The notes beneath the pieces were generated by a model. It was not told where the DNA came from. It saw only the letters and a list, made by a program, of their open reading frames with translations, and did no database searches. Of a stretch of DNA of 14,883 nucleotides, positions 9,410 to 14,883 are shown in pieces. The stretch covers positions 1-14,883 of the forward strand of contig JBDRUH010000037.1 in assembly GCA_039801225.1 (NCBI GenBank), written 5' to 3'. Every line of letters starts with the position of its first letter. Position 1 is the stretch's first letter. This DNA comes from a candidate division WOR-3 bacterium (GTDB lineage Bacteria > Hydrothermota > Tepidihabitantia > Tepidihabitantales > Tepidihabitantaceae). A program made the position numbers and the translations under genes.

Positions 9410-10171
9410 TTACCAGATGATTTTGCTCCAAGTGGTCTGAGTAAGGCTTTCCGCTGCCGCGTCGGCTATCGCCAGTTTTTCGTGCTCCAAAAGTTCGTCC
9501 GAAACGATGTTCTCGTAATTCGCCGGGTCCCGGAAAGGGGTTGTCGGAAACTCATCCCGAAGACACTTGAGGACTCTCTCCATATTCCCTGCCAGAACAT
9601 CATGCGGTTGCTGGCGCAGGGCATGGATAACTACCAGTTCCAAACAGAATGAGGGAAAACGTAAGCCCCTTAGAGAACGCCAGATTTTAAGCGCTTTGAT
9701 TTCACTGGCGCGCCCCGCCGCCCGGATCAGTTTGATATGGGCATCAAAGTTGGTTCGGGTGATTCGGTTCCGGGTGGTCTCAAAAATTAAATGGTCATTT
9801 GTCGTCCCCCATTCCTGCTTCGCCGGTATCAAATGGATGGCCAGACCGTGATAACTCAGTCTGAGGGCGATATTTTCCTTAAAAGGCGTAAAGCCTCGCT
9901 TCCTCAGCCAGTTGAAGAAATGTTCATATACCTTCGCCATATCCAGTGGCGTGCGGGGACCGAGGGAAATTAAAATGTCAATATCGGTCCCTCCTTTGAC
10001 TCTGGTGCCTTTAGCGTAGGAACCGCAAAGGGTTAGGTTCAAAAGATAGCGTCCCGCCCATTCTTTTAACAACGGTTTTAACTCCTCAACCGCCTTCTCG
10101 GCCGGGGAAGTAGTTCCTTCGGCCAATTCGTATTTCGCCAACACCCAGCGAATATAATTATTCGGTGTCAC
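9410..10171 (-). CDS. cGAS/DncV-like (CD-NTase/SMODS, OAS-like) nucleotidyltransferase
   Basis: GSYAKGT(50-56)...TDIDILI (D63, D65), helical C-lobe IKALKIWR, FPSFCLEL, and FRDPANYENIVS. The DPAN motif is typical of OAS-like/CD-NTase enzymes. GTG start with SD AGAGG. Confidence 0.85.
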   Translation of the reverse strand: MTPNNYIRWVLAKYELAEGTTSPAEKAVEELKPLLKEWAGRYLLNLTLCGSYAKGTRVKGGTDIDILISLGPRTPLDMAKVYEHFFNWLRKRGFTPFKENIALRLSYHGLAIHLIPAKQEWGTTNDHLIFETTRNRITRTNFDAHIKLIRAAGRASEIKALKIWRSLRGLRFPSFCLELVVIHALRQQPHDVLAGNMERVLKCLRDEFPTTPFRDPANYENIVSDELLEHEKLAIADAAAESLTQTTWSKIIW

Positions 10172-10188
10172 AAAATACCTCTTATAAA

Positions 10189-10216
10189 ATAATAATTCTT
10201 AATTTTCTCCTGTCAA
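10189..10216 (-). promoter_or_regulatory. Putative sigma70 promoter of the nucleotidyltransferase cluster
   Basis: Perfect TTGACA (10216-10211), 16 nt spacer, TATTAT (10194-10189), ending 17 nt before the GTG. Confidence 0.6.
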
Positions 10217-10256
10217 GAATTACCTTTACCTTTAAGGAAAACCTCAATATGCCTCT

Positions 10257-10312
10257 CTACAGAGAAACCAAAAAGAGTCTACCCCGAGCCCGACTACAGG
10301 AGAAGCCAAAAA
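10257..10312 (+). repeat. Imperfect direct repeat pair
   Basis: CTACAG-AGAAACCAAAAA (10257-10274) and CTACAGGAGAAGCCAAAAA (10294-10312). Confidence 0.6.
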
Positions 10313-10320
10313 CCAATTCG

Positions 10321-10348
10321 TTTTGACTTTTACATTTTGCATTTTGAA
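10321..10348 (+). repeat. Heptamer tandem repeat x4
   Basis: TTTTGAC TTTTACA TTTTGCA TTTTGAA. Confidence 0.7.
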
Positions 10349-10358
10349 TTGAATACAA

Positions 10359-10387
10359 GGGATTCCTCGGCAAGCTCGGAATGACGG
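10359..10387 (-). repeat. GTCATT-type REP-like palindromic element
   Basis: Minus strand reads CCGTCATTCCGAGCTTGCCGAGGAATCCC, an imperfect hairpin ATTCC..GGAAT. It matches the copies at 13305 and 13436. Confidence 0.7.
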
Positions 10388-10436
10388 GACCGAGGGGGGT
10401 GCCCTACGCGGGGGGACCCAGGTTGCCTTATACTAT

Positions 10437-11141
10437 TCAGCCGGGTAAATATTCCGGTTTAAGGTTGTGGATGCCCCAGAATATATTGGTTGCCACCCGG
10501 GCGTCATAGCGAAGGAGTCGGTTAAGGAATCTGCGGATAAGAATGCGCGCCCCTTTTTTAAAATATGGGCAGCGGTTTTGCACCGGTCTGATGTGAGCCG
10601 AGTTCAGCCGGGCGGTAATCATCTCCTCAGTGAAATAGTATAGCGGCCTAATCACCTTTAGGGCACCTTTGAAGAGCGGTTGGACCGGAAGGATGGTGCG
10701 AGCCGAGGCGGTGAAAATGAGATTTAAAAGGAATGTTTCATTCACATCCTCAAGGTGATGCCCTAATGCGACCTTATTACAGTTCAATTCCTTAGCGGTT
10801 CGGAAAAGTGCCTTCCTTCTCTCCCGGGCGCAGAAAAAACAGGAGTCGGTTTTCGTCTCCTTTAGTTTCCTTGGCACATCTATGGTTTTTACCAAGCAGG
10901 TTAACCCCATTCGCTCACAAAGCCGTTCAATTCCTTTGGTTTTCCAGTTAGGAAAACCGGGGTTGATATGCACCGGATATAGTTGCCATCCTTTACGATG
11001 GCGCCGATTGTAATCTAAAAGGGTAATGAGAAGACAGAGGCTATCGGCACCACCAGAAACGCCAATACAAACTCGTTCGCCATCTTCAATCAATCGGTTG
11101 GGATTAAGGGCGGCACGAAGGAGCCGTTCTGAGCGGTGCAT
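10437..11141 (-). CDS. ttcA: tRNA 2-thiocytidine biosynthesis TtcA-family PP-loop ATPase
   Basis: SGGADS PP-loop, CFFCARERRK, ALGHHLED, IRPL, CPY. The ATG at 11141 overlaps the pmm TGA (TGATG coupling); the ORF track starts at TTG 11144. Confidence 0.85.
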   Translation of the reverse strand: MHRSERLLRAALNPNRLIEDGERVCIGVSGGADSLCLLITLLDYNRRHRKGWQLYPVHINPGFPNWKTKGIERLCERMGLTCLVKTIDVPRKLKETKTDSCFFCARERRKALFRTAKELNCNKVALGHHLEDVNETFLLNLIFTASARTILPVQPLFKGALKVIRPLYYFTEEMITARLNSAHIRPVQNRCPYFKKGARILIRRFLNRLLRYDARVATNIFWGIHNLKPEYLPG

Positions 11142-12520
11142 CAAACCTTAGGCAGTTCCACCTCTGGAAACTGGCGCAGTTGGTCGTAAAACAGTTGCTC
11201 AATTTCCTTCAACCTTTCCGGGGTCTTTGCCTCAAAACGCAGGACTAGAATTGGCTGGGTGTTGGAGGCACGAACCAGCCCCCAGCCGTCAGGAAAGGTC
11301 ACTCGGGCACCATCAATATCAATCACCTCAAATTTTTTCTGAAAATAACCTCGGAGATAGGAAACAATTTCAAACTTTAACCGCTCGGCATCTGAACTAA
11401 TGATATTTACCCGGATTTCTGGTGTGGCATAGTAGTAGGGAATCGCACTAGCAAGTTCGGAAAGTTTTCTCCCTGATTCAGCAACTATTTGCAAAAGTTT
11501 TAAGGAGGCGAATATCGCATCGTCATAGCCATAGTAGTCCTCGGCAAAAAACATATGTCCTGACATCTCGCCGGCAACCGGGGCGTTCACCTCTTTCATC
11601 TTGGCTTTAATTAAAGAATGTCCGGTTTTCCACATAAGCGGAACTCCACCGCGAGCAAGGATGTGCTCAACCAACCCTTGAGAGCATTTTACATCAAACA
11701 CAATTGTCGCGCCCGGATGCCGGCTCAGGGCATCTTGGGCAAAAATCCCCAACAGCCTGTCGCCATATAGAAGATTACCCATATCGTCAATTGCACCGAT
11801 TCGGTCAGCATCACCATCATAGCCGACCCCGCAGTCGGCCCCGGTTTCCTTTACTAACCCTATCGCCTGTTCAAGACAGGTGGGAATGGTAGGGTCGGGA
11901 ATATGAGCAGGAAATGTGCCGTCCGGTTTCAAATTGATAAAAATTGGGTTGATTGGCGTGCCAGAGAAAAGTCGTTCTAAGAGCACACCAGCAGTCCCAT
12001 TACCAGGGTCAAAAACCACCTTCAGCCTCTTTTTGATTTTTACCTTTTCCTGGCACATAGCAATGTATCCCGGGATAACATCCGTCTCTTCAACTGCTCC
12101 TTTACCCATCCGGAACTTTCCCTCTTCAGCAAAGCGCCGCAGATGCTGAATCTCTTGACCGTGAATAGTGGTTTTGTTCAACCCGAGTTTGAACCCATTT
12201 TCTTTTGGTGGATTATGACTGGCGGTTATCATCACCCCGGCGTTAACATTTAAATGGAAAAAGGAGAAGTAAAAAACCGGGGTGGGCACAACACCAATCT
12301 TAATCACATCAACCCCGCTTTTTATCAGCGCATCAATTAATGTGCGTTCTATCCGCGGACCAGACAATCGCACATCTCTCCCCACAACGCACCTAAAGAC
12401 ACCCCTTTCCTGAATATAAGTGCCAAAAGCCTGCCCAAGCCGATAGACCACATCGTCAGGCAAATCGCGGTCAGCAACCCCGCGAATATCATACTCCCGG
12501 AAAATAGCCGGATTCACCAC
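11141..12520 (-). CDS. Phosphomannomutase/phosphoglucomutase (AlgC-like)
   Basis: FREYDIRG, phosphoserine loop ITASHNP, metal loop DGDADR, sugar loop GEMSGH, LVRASNTQP. The true start may be the second GTG (12517). Confidence 0.96.
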   Translation of the reverse strand: MVNPAIFREYDIRGVADRDLPDDVVYRLGQAFGTYIQERGVFRCVVGRDVRLSGPRIERTLIDALIKSGVDVIKIGVVPTPVFYFSFFHLNVNAGVMITASHNPPKENGFKLGLNKTTIHGQEIQHLRRFAEEGKFRMGKGAVEETDVIPGYIAMCQEKVKIKKRLKVVFDPGNGTAGVLLERLFSGTPINPIFINLKPDGTFPAHIPDPTIPTCLEQAIGLVKETGADCGVGYDGDADRIGAIDDMGNLLYGDRLLGIFAQDALSRHPGATIVFDVKCSQGLVEHILARGGVPLMWKTGHSLIKAKMKEVNAPVAGEMSGHMFFAEDYYGYDDAIFASLKLLQIVAESGRKLSELASAIPYYYATPEIRVNIISSDAERLKFEIVSYLRGYFQKKFEVIDIDGARVTFPDGWGLVRASNTQPILVLRFEAKTPERLKEIEQLFYDQLRQFPEVELPKV

Positions 12521-12523
12521 CGG

Positions 12524-12551
12524 ATAATATCAAACCGTTTCAAAAAAGCAA
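12524..12551 (-). promoter_or_regulatory. Putative extended -10 promoter for pmm-ttcA (leaderless)
   Basis: TTGCTT-16 nt-TATTAT with a TGn extension. TATTAT lies 6 nt before GTG 12517. No SD visible. Confidence 0.5.
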
Positions 12552-12620
12552 TATCTTGTATAAGTCAAATACATTTTAAAAATGGGCTCCTTTTGCGAAA
12601 CTGCCCGGAGAAAAATACCA

Positions 12621-12848
12621 GGGGTAACAAAAGAGGTAATTGTCGGGGTTAAGATGAGGGTGATTCCCGAAGTGAATCAAAGGGTCTCTTCTCAGATTCC
12701 TTACCCAGTTATTGCCGAAATCTAACTCAGGGCGACTTAAGAGATTGCCACCAGAATTATTTCGGGGATAATATGGCGAATCATTGCCGAGGCGATTTTG
12801 GGAATTAACAGGATAATAATTTAAGAGGTCATCTGGGGGGCTACCTGG
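12621..12848 (+). repeat. Degenerate 12-bp phased tandem array (~19 units)
   Basis: Cutting every 12 nt from 12621 gives ggggtaacaaaa/gaggtaattgtc/ggggttaagatg/agggtgattccc/gaagtgaatcaa/.../gaggtcatctgg/ggggctacctgg. Positions 3-5 are RRY in all 19 units and position 7 is A in 15 of 19. Confidence 0.8.
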
Positions 12849-12930
12849 GGGCTGGGGTCTAAAATTTTGGAGAATTACTATAACACTCTGAAAATCAATT
12901 ATATAACCAATAAAGACCTTCTTGTAATTT

Positions 12931-12948
12931 TTCTACCTATAGGTAGAA
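12931..12948. promoter_or_regulatory. Perfect 18-bp palindrome, putative operator
   Basis: TTCTACCTA|TAGGTAGAA, 4 nt upstream of TATAAT (12953-12958) and the HTH remnant. Confidence 0.7.
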
Positions 12949-12956
12949 TTTTTATA

Positions 12957-13231
12957 ATGTCTCCATAAACTTGGTGGAAGGCTTCGGGAAATAAGGAAGA
13001 AATCAGGTCTCACCCTGAATTCGCTATCACAAAGATTGGCGGCTGGTTCCAAAAGTTATCACCATATACCAGCGCCTGGAAAAGGGGAAAATCAAAAGTC
13101 CCTCAATCAACCTCATCGCCCAGAAAACCCTTGACCTGTTCAAAACAACCTATCCTAAATACCGGCAGATGGCAATCACCAAGTTACCACCAGCCGAAAA
13201 AACTACAATAGGGCATAATGAACCAGCATAG
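12957..13231 (+). pseudogene. Frameshifted XRE/Cro-family helix-turn-helix regulator
   Basis: The frame from 12967 reads KLGGRLREIRKKSGLTLNSLSQRLAAGSKSYHH. After a +1 shift near 13066 it continues YQRLEKGKIKSPSINLIA...TAG (13231). Joined, this is a typical HTH_3 pattern. The ATG at 12957 is out of frame (ATG TCT CCA TAA). Confidence 0.75.
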
Positions 13232-13304
13232 CAAAAGGAGCGCATCTTGTTACTTAAGACCTATTCTAATTCTAAAGCATTTTGTTATTGTGAGCCCACG
13301 CCTT

Positions 13305-13334
13305 CCGTCATTCCGACCGGAGTGGATGAATCCC
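13305..13334 (+). repeat. GTCATT-type REP-like element
   Basis: CCGTCATTCCGACCGGAGTGGATGAATCCC. Confidence 0.6.
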
Positions 13335-13345
13335 CTCATTATAAA

Positions 13346-13569
13346 AAACTCTAAATCCGAAATCCTAAATTCTAAACAAGTTCAAAGGACAAATGCTCTA
13401 AGTTCTAAAATAAATGGTTTTGATAATTGAGACCCCCGTCATTGCGAGCAGAGCGCAGCAATCTCCTCCCGAAGACGGGCTCAGGGCAATTCTAAATCTA
13501 AAATGTTTTGATAATTTGGATTTTGATATTAGAAATTGTTTAGGATTTAGTGTTTTAAAATTAGGATTT
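13346..13569. repeat. Heptamer-built long imperfect inverted repeat
   Basis: Left arm aaactct aaatccg aaatcct aaattct aaacaa (13346-13379). The reverse complement of the right arm (13536-13569) is aaatcct aatttta aaacact aaatcct aaacaa. Weaker complementarity continues inward for about 30 nt. Confidence 0.75.
13436..13465 (+). repeat. GTCATT-type REP-like element
   Basis: CCGTCATTGCGAGCAGAGCGCAGCAATCTC, hairpin ATTGC..GCAAT, closed by an outer stem CCCGTC / GACGGG (13474-13479). Confidence 0.7.
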
Positions 13570-13637
13570 ATTGGGAGTTGGACTTTCGCCCTTATAATAA
13601 CAAGATGGGTGGAGCTATCTTGGTTCATAAATTTCTC

Positions 13638-13665
13638 TTGACAAATGGAATAAAAATTGTAAGAT
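13638..13665 (+). promoter_or_regulatory. Putative sigma70 promoter of the LVIVD-repeat gene
   Basis: TTGACA (13638-13643), 16 nt, TAAGAT (13660-13665). SD AGGAGG at 13680-13685. Confidence 0.6.
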
Positions 13666-13689
13666 TGGTTAACATAAAAAGGAGGCAAA

Positions 13690-14883
13690 ATGAAAAGATG
13701 CGTCCTGATGTTGGCGGTCGTTTTTGTTTTCACCGCAATTGGTTATGCCAACTCACTCAACTGCCGCGAGATAGGTTCTTGGCCATTTGGTTTTAAGTGT
13801 CGTACGGTTTCCCTTGACCCAGAAAGAAACCTGGCGTTTATTGGTTCTGGTGGTGGTGTTTATATCCTTGATGTATCTAACCCATCTTCTCCAGTAAAGG
13901 TCTCTGAAGGAATTCACACTAAGGGGGTTGTTTATGGTCTTCCGGGAGGGGCTATCTGTATTGCGGATGGAGAAGCGGGTCTTGAGTTGTGGGATGTTTC
14001 AAACCCTTCTAGCCCAAGAAAAGTAAGTTCTATTGACATACCAGGCTGTGCTTATGGTATAGCGATATCAAGCGTTTTTCACCATGTGGCTGACGGGGAT
14101 GGTGGTCTGCGGATAATTTGCTTCGGAGACCCATACCATCCGTATCAGTTAGGCTGGTGTCATGTACCAGGCTGTGCTTATGGTGTAGCGGTATCAGATA
14201 CTTATGTGTATGTCGCAGCCGGAGACTCGGGTCTCCGTGTGATTTCTGTATCAGACCCAAGACTACCATATGAGGTTGGCTATTATGACACACCAGGCTA
14301 TGCTTATGGTGTAGCGGTATCAGATACTTATGCCTATGTGGCAGATGGGGATTCGGGTCTGCGTGTAATATCTATATCGGACCCGACAAATCCCCAAGAA
14401 GTGGGCTATTATGACACACCAGGCTGTGCTTATGATATAGCGGTATCAGGAGGTTATGCCTATGTGGCAGATGGGGATTCAGGTCTGCGGGTTGTCTCGG
14501 TCTCGGACCCGACAAATCCGCAGGAAGTAGGGTATTATGAAATACCGGGCGAGGCTTATGGTGTAATGGCATCATACACTTATGCCTATGTGGCAGATGG
14601 GTTAAAAGGTCTGCGGGTGATTTTTATCTTGGACCCGACAAACCCGCAGGAGGAAGGATATTATGACACACCAGGCTATGCTTGTGGTGTAGCGGTTTCA
14701 GATACTTATGCGTATGTGGCAGATGGGGATTCGGGTCTGCGGGTTGTCTCGGTCTCGGACCCAACAAATCCCCAAGAAGTGGGCTATTATGACACACCAG
14801 GCTATGCTTGTGGTGTAGCGGTTTCAGATACTTATGCGTATGTGGCAGATGGGGATTCGGGTCTGCGGGTTGTCTCGGTCTCG
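13690..14883 (+). CDS. Secreted LVIVD-repeat beta-propeller protein (3' end outside window)
   Basis: Not in the ORF track. Open for 398 codons: signal peptide MKRCVLMLAVVFVFTAIGYA, then repeats such as YYDTPGYAYGVAVSDTYAYVADGDSGLRVISISDPTNPQEVG (42 aa). Confidence 0.92.
   Translation, partial: MKRCVLMLAVVFVFTAIGYANSLNCREIGSWPFGFKCRTVSLDPERNLAFIGSGGGVYILDVSNPSSPVKVSEGIHTKGVVYGLPGGAICIADGEAGLELWDVSNPSSPRKVSSIDIPGCAYGIAISSVFHHVADGDGGLRIICFGDPYHPYQLGWCHVPGCAYGVAVSDTYVYVAAGDSGLRVISVSDPRLPYEVGYYDTPGYAYGVAVSDTYAYVADGDSGLRVISISDPTNPQEVGYYDTPGCAYDIAVSGGYAYVADGDSGLRVVSVSDPTNPQEVGYYEIPGEAYGVMASYTYAYVADGLKGLRVIFILDPTNPQEEGYYDTPGYACGVAVSDTYAYVADGDSGLRVVSVSDPTNPQEVGYYDTPGYACGVAVSDTYAYVADGDSGLRVVSVS
14029..14883 (+). 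repeat. 126-bp intragenic tandem repeats (about 7 copies)
   Basis: TATTATGA(C/A)A recurs at 14281, 14407, 14533, 14659 and 14785, exactly 126 nt apart. 14659-14757 is identical to 14785-14883. Confidence 0.93.

Noticed and set aside
7366..10171. Complete canonical CBASS system
   Set aside because: No recognisable effector or ancillary cap gene. The downstream proteins look like a lipoprotein and a GT-C-like enzyme.
10437..11144. PP-loop protein could be LarE or TilS
   Set aside because: CxxC-R-RR, GHHLED, IRPL and CPY match TtcA. The LarE DGxNxDD/RPG motif is absent, and the protein is too short for TilS.
66..12149. Numerous short antisense or alternate-frame ORFs in the track (e.g. 66-374, 1128-1376, 6006-6311, 8060-8404, 9567-9851)
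   Set aside because: They overlap well-supported genes and have no recognisable motifs; treated as shadow ORFs.
12621..12848. 12-bp array as CRISPR or an intact repeat-protein CDS
   Set aside because: There is no repeat-spacer alternation, the phased frame has in-frame stops, and no ORF of 60 aa or more covers it.
12878..12905. TAACACTCTGAAAATCAATTATA as a recombinase core or dif-like site
   Set aside because: Only weak dyad symmetry, a poor match to the dif consensus, and no recombinase or tRNA nearby.
13218..13796. ORFs 13218-13430, 13398-13733, 13414-13641 and 13578-13796
   Set aside because: They are translations of heptamer/REP repeats or overlap the LVIVD gene promoter and start, with no protein-like motifs.
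14029..14883. Tandem repeats as a CRISPR array or DGR template/variable repeat
   Set aside because: The units are in-frame 42-codon protein repeats without unique spacers. Differences are not confined to adenines, and no reverse transcriptase or cas gene is in the window.

Overview
Bacterial chromosomal window, mostly housekeeping genes. On the minus strand: purE, a SagB-type nitroreductase, purC and queA (queA runs off the left edge). Divergent from these is a LarA-family nickel-pincer racemase. Next come a MacAB-like ABC exporter trio and a minus-strand cluster of a cGAS/DncV-like (CD-NTase/SMODS) nucleotidyltransferase, a lipoprotein and a polytopic GT-C-like membrane protein. Then pmm/pgm-ttcA, and a secreted LVIVD-repeat beta-propeller running off the right edge. 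The most unusual parts are: (i) the orphan CD-NTase-like gene, which has no CBASS effector nearby and has His where the third catalytic Asp is expected; (ii) the 12521-13690 region, which holds an indel-free 12-bp-phased degenerate array of about 19 units, a perfect 18-bp palindrome, a frameshifted XRE-type HTH gene, GTCATT-type REP-like hairpins and a heptamer-built long inverted repeat. Pieces of the same repeat types recur at 10200-10430. All calls come from motif reading only; no database searches were run.
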